This document shows positions 1-12,824 of a stretch of DNA of 64,000 bases, piece after piece. The stretch spans positions 6,497,078-6,561,077 of the forward strand of contig MU054001.1 in assembly GCA_013239625.1 (NCBI GenBank), in the 5' to 3' direction. Source of the stretch: Lama guanicoe. Lineage: Eukaryota. Every line of letters starts with the position of its first letter. Position 1 is the first letter of the stretch. The notes beneath the pieces were generated by a model. It did not search any database, was not told the DNA's origin, and saw only the letters and a list, made by a program, of their open reading frames with translations. A program made the translations under genes and the position numbers.

Positions 1-338
1 ATACTACCTACTTCCAAACTAAGCAGTTTGGTCTTTTTTTTTTTTTTTTTAATAAGGCAAGGAAAAGGAAGAAAGACATCTAAACTAGAAAGATTTATCT
101 TTGTTTAGCATACTACATTTTTTAAAATGTAGTTGTGATTATTTTTCTGATGATAGAAATATGGTGGTTATATTAATGATGACTATAAATGAAATATTCC
201 ACTAGTGGAGGATATTTATTTTTCAGGTGTCCCTGAAGACAATATTTCAAGTGAATCTTGAGGTGTTAGAAAATGAGAAAATCAGTCATTTGATTGATTA
301 GTATCCATCTGGGGGAGAAAAGCCTTATTACAAATAAA

Positions 339-371
339 TATAATATATATATATATATTTATATATATATA
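339..371. repeat. (TA)n microsatellite, interrupted
   Basis: atatatatatatatatttatatatatat seen directly. Confidence 0.9.
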
Positions 372-979
372 ATTATGGAATACTTATAAGTATATTATGT
401 ACTCTCAGCCCAGGCTGATTTAAAGGTAATAAAGTGAAGCAACTCAATAAGAGAACCTTCTTCATGAAGAGACTAGGTCTTTTTTCCCTTTATTAGTATT
501 TTCTTTAAAGATAATTAAAAATTGACTATTGGACAGTAGTGACTAAGGGATTTTCTTGCTGTAAAAAAGCTGTGTCAATAAGGTTCTTATGTTAATAATA
601 AAATAGAAGTCATTAGTACAAATTAAGAATATAGACTCAAAATTAACTAGTTCAGATAAACTGCAGGTTTTGTAAAAGGATCATTTTTAATTAGCGATTA
701 GGCAAACAGTTTGCAGTAACACACTAATTGACAAAAAAACAAAAACAACCCAAACCCTGTAAAACCATATTAGCTAATAAAAGGATATATGCTGCCAGAA
801 ATCTTTTCAGAGTGTCAGTTGTAGGCACAGCTGCATGGTAGAGGCTCTGGGAGATCAGAAGTGAACAGAAGACCGGGAAGAAGGCTAAGATGTGAGTGTA
901 GCAGCTATGACTGGTATGATGTGAGGTCCAAACCTCATGCTGCAGGGAGTTAGAAAGACAAAGCAGTTGCTTCCATTTG

Positions 980-1450
980 GTTTGCCCAGGATCATCAGGG
1001 AAGGCTTCCAGAAAGATGTGGTATTTGAAATGGCTGGCAGAGATGAGCAGGATTTTAGTGGTTAGAAGTGAGAAAAAAGGAAAGGGTGAGCAAGGACATG
1101 CACAGGAAACACAGGACATATTCAGAGAATAGAAAGCGGCTGGTTTGGGCTAGAATATTTCAAGTTACTAGAAGGTAAGATTAGAAGAATTAGTTTAGAC
1201 AGATCAGCAAAGGCCTTGACTCCTAAACTGAGTACTTTGATGATCTTTTAAAAATTTACTGAGAAGCTTAATTCCTGAAGATTTTAGAACTGAGAGTGAG
1301 GTAAATACAGCCTTCATGATTGCAATTAATCTGGCTACTGCATATCAGATAGATTAGCATGGGAAATCTGGAGGTGGGGAGATAGGTGGAATTTACCTGA
1401 GAGTGAGGTGGTTGATTAAAGGAGTAAAATGTTGGGAATGGACAAGAAGG
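980..1450 (-). mobile_element. L2 LINE fragment(s), old
   Basis: Purine-rich stretch with L2-like motifs (cagggaaggcttcc..., aaggccttg..., ttaatctggc); highly diverged. Confidence 0.45.
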
Positions 1451-1696
1451 GATAGCTATGAGAAGACAGGGTGACCATTAATGCAAGGGTAACATGTGTT
1501 TTATGGTGGTGACCAGTAACAGAGAAGACACAAGAAGTATCTAATTTGGGGCAGGAAAAAAATTATTTTGTGTAAGAGATTTATCAAGGAAATGATTAGA
1601 ACTCAGTGGAAAAAGTAGGTAAGAATCATGAAGAGAAAGAGTTAAGAGAAGAATGGCAAAGCCAGATGCTTGGACAACACCCACCACAGTTTATGT

Positions 1697-1913
1697 TAGA
1701 AACTTTTCAGTGTTGGCATTTATTGCCATTTTAGGCCAGATGATGCTTTATTGTGGATGTCTGTCCTGTGCGTTCTAGATTGTTTAGCAATATCCCTGGC
1801 CACTACTCACTTAGATGCTGGTAGCCACCTCCCAGTGGTAACAATCAAAAATGTCTCCAGACATTTCCCAGTGTCCTCTCAAGAGCAAAATCACCTCCAG
1901 TCGAGAACCATTG
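1697..1913 (-). mobile_element. MER20 (hAT-Charlie non-autonomous DNA transposon)
   Basis: aaaaatgtctccagacatt...gcaaaatcacctccagtcgagaaccattg matches the reverse complement of the MER20 consensus. Confidence 0.8.
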
Positions 1914-2174
1914 CTTTAGGTGAATAAAGAGGGAGACACTTGATAGTCATCATATGTTGCTTCCTGATCATTCTTTAACCTTATAAATATGACAATTTTA
2001 ACATTAAATATTGAAATCTGCAAGCCAAAGCATAGGTAGTCATCCATGAAAAGATATTGTTAAAACATAGCACTTGTGTTAGAATTCAAGCAGAAAATGA
2101 CTGATGGTCTCACCTGTCAATGACAGTGTGTTAGCTGCTTCAGTGGTGGGTAGCAAAAATAACAGTATTACTAC

Positions 2175-2420
2175 TAGTATTCCCACTTATTAGTAGTCAG
2201 TTAACTAAGTACATATTTGTCCATATGCTGTGCTAATAAGTACATTTATGTGGATTATTTTACCAGTCCTCACAAAAACCTTGTAAAAATTCATTTTAGA
2301 GATAAGTAAATGGATGCTTACATTAGAACTAACTTATTCAGACCTCAAGGCTAGCAAACAGTGGAGCTGGAGTTGAGCTAAGAAATCTGTCTCTAAAACT
2401 TGTACCCTTAAGTCATTGCA
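2175..2420 (-). mobile_element. MIR SINE
   Basis: cctcacaaaaaccttg...cattttagagataagtaaatgga...gctagcaaacagtggagctgg resembles the MIR core. Confidence 0.65.
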
Positions 2421-2659
2421 TAATCATTCCAGAAACCAAGTAGTTGAAAGAAAAGGTAAAGGACATAGCTGTAGCAGAACCCCTAGCGAGTTGGCCCAAT
2501 TTGGGATTGCAGGACTGCACTGAAGGCCAGTAAGAACAACATGGTAAAGAATGGGACAGAGTGGAGTCAGTGAGTCTCAAATAGCAGCCCATGAAAAAAA
2601 TACTTACAGCTCATAAGCACAGGACTGCCATTATAAAAATATCTTGTAAGTGCCCGTTA

Positions 2660-2876
2660 ACCTTACATTTTGCAGAACACTTCCTAATCTATCATTCCAT
2701 TGATCCTCTCTAGAACCCTGCAAGTAGACAGTACATTTATCCCCTCCCTAACAGGTAAAGAACTGAGACCCAGTGCAGTAAGTGGCTGTTCCAAAGTGAT
2801 ACGACTTATCAGTGAAAACAGGACTGGAACCCATGCCATCTAACTGCATGTCTACTGCCGTTTCTACCAGACTACT
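2660..2876 (-). mobile_element. MIR SINE
   Basis: acaggtaaagaactgagaccc...aagtggctgttccaaagt...ggactggaaccc resembles the MIR core. Confidence 0.65.
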
Positions 2877-3368
2877 CTGTTGTCTCAGTATAAAAGTATT
2901 GATCATGTTTGTCTTGCCTACATTAAATAGGTACATAGCAGCTGCATCTTTGAAAATAAATGTAGTCATGCATCACTGTAAAATGTGTTACCTAATAAGA
3001 GTAATAACAGTGATGAAGTTTATTGAATCATTTTTATCAAATACTAAATGTGTTCATGACACTAATCTGAATGGTAACAAAGTTATATAGGTTTGTACTG
3101 CCAAGTGGAGTAAAAGGACGAGTATTGATAATGATGGAAAGGTTAATTCAATAAAGTAATTATCTTTTCCCCCAATTATGTCACATACATAATGTATTCT
3201 GCATGCTCTCCCTGTAGCAAGAATATACGATTCTCTTTTTCTAGCTGTTAGGAGAAGGTATTGTTCTTCGTATGTTGAGGTTCATGGTGAATGTGGCATC
3301 TTTGACATGGGAGGCTGTCACCTGGGGATACTCACTGTTTCTTGAGGGAGATGCATCATGAGATTTTA

Positions 3369-3860
3369 CAGGCATACCTTGTCTTATTGTGCATCGCTTT
3401 ATTACACTTCACAGATAATGCTTTTTATTTTTTTACAAATTGAAGGTTTGTGGCAGCCCTGTGTCAAGCAAATATTATCAGCGCCATTTTTCCATTTGGT
3501 CACTTCATGTCTTCTCTGTCACATTTTGGTAATTCTCACAATATTTCAAACTTTTTTCCTTATTACTATATTTATTATGACAATCTTTGATCATTGATCT
3601 TTGATGTTACTATTAGAAAACGATTACAACTTGCTAAAGGGTTGAGATGATAGCATTTTTTTTAGCAATAAAATATTTTTTAATTAAAGTATGTACTTTT
3701 TTTGCACATAATGCTATTGCACACTAGATAGACTACAGTATAGTGTAAACATAACTTTCGTATATACTGGGAAACCAGAGTATTTGACTCATTTTATTGC
3801 AATACTCACTTTATCAAGGTGGTCTGGGCCCAAATCTGCAGTATCTCCAAAGTATGCCTG
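3369..3860 (+). mobile_element. Tigger1-derived non-autonomous DNA transposon (Tigger1a-type internal deletion)
   Basis: Terminal inverted repeats caggcatac / gtatgcctg with TA upstream; both ends match the Tigger1 termini; transposase ORF deleted. Confidence 0.85.
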
Positions 3861-4974
3861 GATCTGGGAACATTTCTAAATACATTTTATTAAGTTTAAC
3901 ATAACTTCACTGGGGTAATTCATTCACCTGAGTCAGTACAATAAGTTACTGTCCAACTTTATGCTATATGAGTCTGATGTATTTTTGGAGAGATTTTTCC
4001 ATTCATTTAAGAAACATTATGTCCGTTCTGTACCCAATGCTGTGATCTTTCTAAAATGAGAAGGCACTTGATACTTCAGTCAGAAATGTAGCAACTTTGA
4101 TACATCTCTAGGAGGTATAATTTTAGGTCCTCAGTAAGATTCCAGTCTTAAAACACTTATGTAAATAATTGTCTTAGATAAGACACAGAAAAATCATTCA
4201 AAAAGTGTATCAGATACATTAGTAATGGTAGGAGAAACATGTTTCTTTCTGTAGATGGATATTGGAGTGTTAAAATGGTTGGAAAATTGCCTGTCACAAG
4301 ACAGATCTTACTTATGATCCTCAAGCATTTAGTCTTCATCCTTTCAATGTAGCAGTGCCTTTCTCTGTAAAGATTAGAAATGATTTCTTAGAAAAGTAAT
4401 TTGCAGATCTGCAGTATCCCTACAGGAACAAAGAAGGAAAATGTTTTAAAATTTTAAAATATTTTAAAATATATAGGTATCTTATATAAAGTTTATAGGA
4501 ATCAGGTTCAGTTTATCAAATAGTAAGTAGAGAAATCAAGATGAGAGCTCTACGTAAAACTTAGAGCTCGAAACCCAAATATAATATTTTGTTTTATCTT
4601 TCTTGGGTAGTAATCTAAAATTATAGAAAGGAAAGGCAGTAATTTAAAGAAATGCATATTGTTTTTGTAAGTCAGACAGATGCTCCGTTCTGGAAAGAGT
4701 AACTACAGCAAAGGGTCTCTAGTGGGTTCTCTTTTTTTGTTTAGCTTAGCTGCCTCTAGTTAGTACATGGCAGCTATTGTACTTTTTTGCTCCCTTTCTG
4801 ATACATAAACCTAGGTTGATGATGAATGGGCCATTTAAGGATGGATGTCATTCTCATCTCATTTGAATATCTTTTCTTAATTGTACCCCAGCAGAATCTT
4901 CTTCCCTTGAAATCTGTAAAACATAGCATCTTTCCTACTTACTTGTACCACTTGGATGTTAACTTCAGAAACTC

Positions 4975-5095
4975 TATTTTCTTGACTTATCTTCCAGCTG
5001 GCCTGTAAGTTCTTTGAAGGGTAGGAACTATTTTTTTATACTTCTTTATATTCCCAAAACCTTCCACGGTACTTGGAAGTAGAAGACACTCATTC
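4975..5095 (+). mobile_element. L2 3' end fragment
   Basis: ctgtaagttctttgaagggtaggaac...cacggtacttggaagtagaagacactca resembles the L2 3' terminus. Confidence 0.55.
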
Positions 5096-5350
5096 TGTCT
5101 GAAATCATGGTCATGATTAAGCAAAGGATATCATACCTGAATTGACAGCAAAGAAAGCACTCCCGCTGCACATCTTCATCAACACATAACAGTTTCTTTT
5201 GTTTTATGTTAAAAGTGGAACTGAAAACAATATTTTTGTAGTACAACAGAAGCCTTACATTATTTATTCCCCTGCTTTAATTAAAATGTTTCACACTTGA
5301 CAAATGAATGGATTATGGTGATCTAATCCAAAATTTTCTGCCTTTAACAG

Positions 5351-5432
5351 GATGGAAATTTCTCTCTCAGTACCATATTTGAAAAACCTCAAAATATGGT
5401 GGTGGTTGGACAGTCAGCATTTGCAGACTTTG
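5351..5432 (+). CDS. ITFG1: ITFG1 coding exon (82 nt, phase 0 to 1; probably exon 8): DGNFSLSTIFEKPQNMVVVGQSAFADF+G
   Basis: Acceptor ttttctgcctttaacAG, donor GTaaga; translation matches ITFG1; NFS glycosylation sequon; start of an FG-GAP Ca-binding motif. Confidence 0.95.
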
Positions 5433-6199
5433 GTAAGATTATTTTTGTCTTTGAAAGTCTCCCTGTCTCTCTGACCTAGTCATATTAACTTCCTCTATCT
5501 GAAAATAACTTGAGTGTCTTCAGAACTATTACAGATTTAAGAGATGCCTATTCTAGTATTGCACTAGCTTCTTTATTTCTTACAGGATTGTTTACGCCTG
5601 GTTAACAATTTCCAGGCTTCACCTACACCCCTGTATTTCTCCTTTACTTGAAGAATAAAGTGTGATCTCTTTAGGATGATCTGATACGTAAGAGTTAGCA
5701 TCAGATTTGGATATATAAATTTATGTGTTATGAATTTTTAAAATATGATTCAGTCTATAGAAAATGCTGACATTCTGTTAAGGTTTCTGTTTTCCCTTGA
5801 GTTTTACAGCTTTCTATTGATGTTTAGTCGGCTACATCTGGCATTGCACACAAATTAATGTTTTCTCTAAGTCTGATTGTATGTATTTTTTGATAGAAGA
5901 AATATATCTATATTTTTCTTATCTTTTTTGACTTTTCTCCTGTAAAGAAATACTACTTTATTTGTAGCAATTCTATACCTTGATAGTCTGAGCCTACCTA
6001 GAAAAAGATTCAGCTCTAAACATACAGTTTAAAAGGGTAATACAGTAGGGTAAGACACAAAACACATTTTCTAGAGGATGACTGCTTAACTGTTAAAGGC
6101 ATTTATGAGTTGCAGATCTCCCAAACACGAGGCCAGGGCCCAGCTAATAACCAGTAGCAGCCACTATGCATTAGCTAATTTCTATGGCTCAGGAACTGC

Positions 6200-6900
6200 T
6201 ACAGAGCTCTGTAAATGATACCTTTTGGGCTACCAGTGCCCTGCTAACCTGTAAATCCAAAGGTCTTTTCTTGGTTATCCTCTTGTATCACATTTTAATA
6301 TTGTCAACAGTCTCTGACCCCCTTTTAGTGCTCCTTTTTCTCCTTCCTTATCAACCTCTGTCAAACACCCTTTGCACTCTCTTCCTTAGAGGGCTCATGC
6401 AGATCTTAACCTCTTAGCTCTTGGAGGACTTTCAGACTTGCTTTGGTTTTATTCCTAAACTTACATTTCATAAATATTCCAGCTTTATTGTCTTACTAAC
6501 ATTATTAATATAATGACTCTAAAGGATCTTAATATTCAAACCAGCTTTCTCTCCTGATTACCTATCCTTATGAAGAATAGTAGAGAAAAGAGTAATTTTT
6601 TTTAGTCATTCTGGGTTTTGTTTTTTTTTTTAACTCTGTTCTAGAGTCAAACCAATCACCACACTTACTGATTCTTTCTTTGCAGAGTTTTTCACATCTG
6701 CCCCTCTAATTATTGATGTAGTTCAGCTCACACTCTTGTCTCCTGCCTGGTTTCCATCCTTAGAAAATCCAGCATTTCAGAACTGTTTAAATCTGCCTTT
6801 CTTTTGATATAAAAATCTCAGGCATCTCAGAAATTCTAATACTCCTCCTCTGAATTCCTATTCCATGTCCAAGAAGCATTACCTTCTGCATATCCCATCA
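6200..6900 (+). mobile_element. L2 LINE fragments, old
   Basis: Pyrimidine-rich; gctaacctgtaaatccaaaggtc...ttatcctcttg resembles L2 internal sequence. Confidence 0.4.
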
Positions 6901-6915
6901 GACCAGGAGATTTTG

Positions 6916-7630
6916 TTTAACTTTACTTTTTTATTTAATTTTTTTATATAGTAGGACCTTGTGGTTTATTTCATATATAGTAGTTTGTATCTGCTAACCC
7001 CAAACTTTTTTTTTCTCCTTTTTCAGTTTTATTAGGTAGAATTATTGCAGTTCAACTGCACATACAGATTATATTGCATGTAAATACATATATACAGTAT
7101 ACTGCACATTTCTTTAGTTTACATATATGTACTAATGATTGTTTCTAAGAACAGATTAGATCTTTAGCTTTTTAAACTTACATAGTTATCAAAGGAATAA
7201 AGCCAATACAAAATAAGAATCAACAGAATGTAGTAATCCAATCATAAAGGACAGTCAAATGTGCCAGTTTGTTCTGACACGAGCAAAGTAAAAGCAACCA
7301 ATTTAAACAGTTCTCTCTCTAACCTGCTGCTGGACTTTTGTCACACTCAGCCTACCTGCCCTGTCCCACCAAAGAAAGACAATACTATTATAAATTCTTG
7401 GTAATACTGAAATATTTTATATGCATACATTGCCGTAAGGCATGTTAAGTGAACAGACATTCTTAGACTATTCTCCTAACACAAGTCCATTTCGTTAGTG
7501 TTTCCTTTCCATTCCATATCACTGGCGACTGCACTGCAATGGTTGCCATAGTGAAAGTGATGACTCCCGGAGTTTTTACTCCTAGCAAAGACTGTGAAAC
7601 ATCTATCTTGGTGAGTCATGGATGCCAGAT
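6916..7630 (-). pseudogene. Probable retrocopy of an unidentified mRNA 3'UTR joined to a short L1 3' fragment
   Basis: On the minus strand: non-repeat AU-rich sequence, then AATAAA (tttatt near 7028-7033), an A-tract (7006-7014), an L1 3'UTR piece (about 6946-7005) and an A-rich tail; weak possible TSD g(a/t)gattttg at 6907-6915 and 7631-7639. Confidence 0.4.
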
Positions 7631-8949
7631 GTGATTTTGAAAAATATTTTGAATGCTTTTTGATTGGAAGTGGTAATTTATATACAAGTTATAAAATTGC
7701 TACTTCAGAGTCTTGATTTTATACATACTCAGCATTTAAAGCAGACCGGGCCGTATTGCTTTCTTTTAAGATTACAAGCGTGAGTCAAAACTAGGACCCT
7801 ACATCCATGAAGTTTTTACATACAAGTTTGTATATGATAGACTCTTGCCTTTCTAGCTAAGAGGGTTTTTTAAGTAAAGCTATCTCTCTGACATATTATA
7901 TGCTCAAAGCTACATTGTTGTTTTAGTTTTTTGATGGTGCATGGTATTATGATTGCATAATCATTTCTTTGAATATTAAATTTAAAGTATTTTAAAATTC
8001 TATAGGATAATATATTTTACATTATTACATTGCTATTTTGTCATTTGACAGATGATATTTTTAATACTTTATCTAATATAACCTGCAACTTAATTGGGAC
8101 ACTCATCTATCTAAGCCTGCCCTAATGGAATAGATCTGTGATAACCGGAGCAGCCCATATGTCTGCCCCATGAACTTCACCATGCATTTATCTCTTTGTT
8201 GGTTGATTGCCACAGTACTAGGAAAATGATCATTGCAGATTTTGCCTATTCTTAGACCTTCCAGTTACATACAGTCTGGGTAAGACTGAAAAGATGGTGA
8301 AATTTATTTCTCCCTGGTACATTACACCAGAGAGGAATACCCTACTGTCAGTCAGAGCAGTGTAGAGAATGCAGTCTCAGAGTATGAGAATGAATTACGG
8401 AGATCCCTTTTCTAAATGTCCTGCTCCATTTTTAAATCACTCAGGCTTCCTTTTCAACCCTATTTTCTTTGCAACTCTGCATTTTCATTCTGTGCAAATG
8501 CCCCATTCATTGCTAAGCAAAAGCAGAGATGTGCTTCTAGGATGTAAGTAGGTATACAGCTCCCTCTGCTTAACCTTTACCTGCTAAAGAGTTGAGTGAT
8601 GGGTCACAGGGATAGGTAGATGATGGACAGATGGTGAATGGGTAGATGAAAGTGCCCTTTGCTACTTATTTCTTGTCCAGAGCAATCCATTTCCTTAGCT
8701 GCTCTCACAAAGCAAGTCCATTTTCCTGTTCTGTTCCACAGTAGCAGGTCAGTACCCTTTTATTCTCTGTTACACATAAAGACAAATGGATAGTTTCTGT
8801 ACCTAACCTGCCCTTGCCTGTCATTATACCCCACATGACTAATGTTTTCTTAATTTCATCAGTAGGAAAGTCGCAAGTTTTTGTTAATCAGTGACAGTAA
8901 GGATTTAGGAGTTCAGTATTTTTCAAAGATTTGTTTACTTTTTTTTTCA

Positions 8950-9175
8950 TAGTACTTAACAGTACTTATTATTTAGCAGGAATTCTTTTACAGGAAGTGT
9001 TTTACATTTATCTTGGTTAATCCTACCAAACCTCTCTGAGGGGAGCAGTATTATTTATCCTCATTATACAGATTTGGTGACAGGGGTTCAGATGTTAAGA
9101 TACTTGCCCAAGGGCATAAAACTAAGAAGCAGCCCAGCTAGCAAGTGATCCTTGGCTCTGTCTCGGAAGCTGTGA
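8950..9175 (-). mobile_element. MIR SINE
   Basis: tatcctcattatacagat...gttaagatacttgcccaagggcat...ctaagaagcagc resembles the MIR core. Confidence 0.65.
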
Positions 9176-10204
9176 GACATCCCTTTCTTTTGCATTAGAT
9201 CTTAAAATGCGTGAGTATCCTTGTTGATGGTCTTCAGTGGTCACCTCCTGGTAAGCATTGTTTCAGTTTTTTTAAACCAGATCATATGCTGATGGTGAAT
9301 TTTTTCCTTCTGCTCCCTACATTTTCTGTTGGCATTTTCCTTTATTATTTTTAGAATTTTTATACTATCTGACCATTCTCCCAAGTCATTATTCATCTTG
9401 AAATTTTGATTATATATATATCAGTAATTCTAGAATATATAATGCTTTTGGATTTCAGGGAAAAAATCAAAACCAAGCACTGGTGACTTTGATACAAAAT
9501 TCACTATACAGTAGTATCTCTTGAATTCAGACAGCTTTTCAGAATATCTATCATGTATAATAAATTTATAGTTTTTTATTAGTATGAAGTCATTCTACAG
9601 TTAACTTTCTGAGTATGTGTAGAAGGCCATTTTCTAGAAATAAGCTCTTTGAATTATCTTTGATTTTGACTTTTCCCCCTACTTTAGATTTTTACAGTTT
9701 TGCAGCCATGTATCTGTAATTTTCAGTTTTCACAACTCTGACTCACTTCTAAATTGTGACTCATTATTTGAGACCAGGATCTCTCTAAATTTATGTAAAC
9801 ACACTCTTTCTTAAACATTCACTAATAACTGTATAAAAATTCTTTATGTCCTCTCCTGGTTCATATTTGTTAAATCAACAATTTTTCCCTCATATTATAC
9901 AAATGATTTCTTTTTCTATCCTCCTTTGAAATAGTAGTCTTCATTTGAAAGATCTGCTTATATCTGATCTCCTACTTCTCGTATTTCCTACAATCTTTTT
10001 AACATAAGCTACCAGTTTTAAAACATTTTATGATAAAAAATGGAGAAAGCAGAGACCGTAAATTTAATAGAAGGTACAAAGACACTTTTTGAAATCAGTC
10101 ATCAACCTAGTAAAAGTGGTTGAGGGCTTATAGAGTAAGTATAATATATTTTTTATTTTCAATCTATTAGAAATCACCTATAGCAGTTAGTACTCTTTTG
10201 CTAT

Positions 10205-10410
10205 TAAATATTTGTCATAGGCTTTAGAATCACATAGATTTAGATTCAAATTTCAGTTCCAGGTAAGTTACTCAAACTCTTTTACTATTTCCTCATGTAT
10301 AATATGAGATCATAGCTAGGTTGTGGTAAACATAAAATAAAATGGTATTGCAGGTTCTTTAGTGCCTTGCACACAGTACATGCTGAATAAACATGAGGTG
10401 CAATAATAAT
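10205..10410 (+). mobile_element. MIR SINE
   Basis: ggctttagaatcacatagatttagattcaaa...aagttactcaaactct...tttcctcatgtataatatgagat. Confidence 0.6.
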
Positions 10411-10479
10411 AATATTTTAGACCATCTATTCATAGTTTAATGTCCTCTTTATTCGGCATATTCTTTAAAGATACAAGAG

Positions 10480-11345
10480 AGAGAAGGAGTTCCAAATCCT
10501 TCTCTAGAGCTTTTTGCCCCTCTGCTGCTCCCAGAACATCTACCTACAATTCCTCTTCCTGTTCACTTCTCCCTGTACTTCTCAAACCACCAAACCCCAT
10601 GGGGTCTTATCTCCTTCATACCTCTTAAAACTGTCCTTTCCTATGGTTACGTCTTTAACTCGTCTCTCTCCTAACTTACTGAAAGATTACAGATGTTCCA
10701 ATTTGTACCTCTCCAAATCATTCTGCACTCTGGAGTGCTACTTCTGCACAAAATGAATCTGAAATCTTAAAATCCTTTAGTAGCTCCCTGTGCCCTTAGG
10801 GTAAGGTCCAATCTTTGTTGTGTACACCAGGTCCTTTTAGATCCAGCTTCTGTTTACTTATCTATAACGAGACTTCGCAGACATGCTGGTCTATGTACAG
10901 TTATCTAAATATATCATACTCCTTTTTCTATTTCACTTCCAGGCCTTAGTATGTGGGATTCCCTTTGCCTAGAATCTCCTTCCACCTCTTTTCACCCACC
11001 TAATTCCTAATCATCTTTCAGGGTTTAAGTAATAGTTATTTTTAAGTACATTATCCACAGTACCTGGCAAATTGCTGGATGGATAAACTGCTTACTTGAT
11101 TGATTAGATGATTATGTCAGAGTTTCAAGTTAGAGTGGCTTATAATTCCTTCTTCTTCCTGCTGTTCCTGTTTTATTTTAGCGCTTACCATACTCTGTTG
11201 TAATGAATTTTTTTTTAACTTCTGTTTCCCTCACTTACCTAGGAGTTCCTCAGAGAGAGAGAGAGCATGACTTTTCACATTTATATTTCAATGTCTAGAA
11301 TAGTGGCTGGCACATAGTAAATGCTTAGTAAACGTTTAATAAATA
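10480..11345 (+). mobile_element. L2 LINE 3' region
   Basis: Ends ctagaatagtggctggcacatagtaaatgcttagtaaacgtttaataaat, like the L2 3' terminus; internal ttaaaatcctttagtagctccc. Confidence 0.6.
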
Positions 11346-11653
11346 ATTCCTTTGAAAGGAGTCTGCTTTTAAATTTTTAATTTTATTGAGGTATAATTTG
11401 CATAACACAGAATGCTCCCATTTTAAGTGTAGAATTCATATTGTAAGTGTAGAGTTCAGCAAGCTTTAATAGACTGTAGGAAACTTGTGTAACCATGACC
11501 ACAATCCCAATTTTGGAATACTTCCATTAACCCAAAAAGTTCCCTCATGCCCATATGTGTACTCCTAGACAACCCAGCCCCAAACAACCACTAATACACT
11601 TTTTTTCCAGTTGTGTTTAAAATACATACAAGGTACAATTTGACACTTTAACA

Positions 11654-11885
11654 ATTTTTTTAATTATTACTTTTTATTGAGGTGTAGTCGATTTACAGTG
11701 TTAGTTTCAGGTGTACAGCAAAGCGATTCAGTTATACACATACATACATATATTTTTTTTCAGATTCTTTTACGTTACAGCTCATTATAAGAATTATAGT
11801 TCCTTGTGCTATACAGTAGGTCCTTCTTGTTTATCTGTTTTACATATAATAATGTGTATCTGTTAATCTCAAACTCCTAATCTAG
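11654..11885 (-). mobile_element. Short 5'-truncated cetartiodactyl-type L1 3' end
   Basis: Poly-T then ttgaggtgtagtcgatttacagtgttagtttcaggtgtacagcaaagcgattcag. Confidence 0.8.
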
Positions 11886-12453
11886 CCAGTGTACAGTTTA
11901 GCGGCATAAATTACCTTCACTCTGTTATGCAACCATCTCCGCTACCTATTTGCAAAACTTTTCATCAACCCACGCAGAAACTACATAATTATTTAAGCCA
12001 TTATTCCTCGTTCCTCCTCTTTCCCAGCCCTTAATAAGCTCTTATCTACTTTCCATCTCAATGAATTTGCCTATTCTAGATACTTCATGTAAGTGGAATC
12101 ATATAGTATTTGTCCTTTGGTATCTGGTTTATTGGCATAATGTTTTTAAGGTTCATCCAGATTCTAGCAAGTATCAAAATAAATTTATCTCTTTTGATTA
12201 TCCATTCATCTGTTGATATACTCAAGTTGTTTTCACCTTTTAGCTGTCAGGAATAATTCCAAAATGAAGACTGGCATACAAATATCTGTTTGAGGCCCTG
12301 CTTTCAGTTCTTTTAAGTGGATACCTAGAAGTGGAACTGATGGGTCAGCTTTTTGAGGAACCAAAAACTTTTCCATATCATTTTACATTCCTATCAGTAG
12401 TGCCCAAATGTTCCAGTTTCTCAGCATCATTGCCAGCACTTTTGTTATTTTCC

Positions 12454-12480
12454 ATTATTATTATTATTATTATTACTATT
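12454..12480. repeat. (ATT)n microsatellite
   Basis: attattattattattattattact seen directly. Confidence 0.85.
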
Positions 12481-12824
12481 CCTTTCCTAGGAGATATGAA
12501 GTAGTATGTCATTGTGGTTTTCATTTGCATTTCTCTAGTGACTAATGATGTTGAGCAACTTTTCATGTGCTTCTAGGCCATTTGTAACCTTCTTTGAGAA
12601 ATGTCAATTTGAGTCCTATTTTTCTCATTGGGTTGTCTCTTTATTCTTGAATTGTTGAATTGTTGAAGTTCATTATATATTCTTTATGTTAAACCCTTTA
12701 TATGAATATTTAAATGTGTATTTAAATATATATGACTTGCAGATATTTTCTCCCATTCCGTCTGTTACATTTTCACTTGATGATGTCCTTTGATGCAAAA
12801 CAGACTTGTGATTTGATTTGTATT

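Noticed and set aside
2735..2760. ctccctaacAG|GTAAAG recursive-site-like motif
   Set aside because: It lies within a MIR core where similar sequence is generic, and the donor is weak
4443..4470. ttttaaaa palindromic AT run
   Set aside because: Low-complexity sequence; no evidence of function
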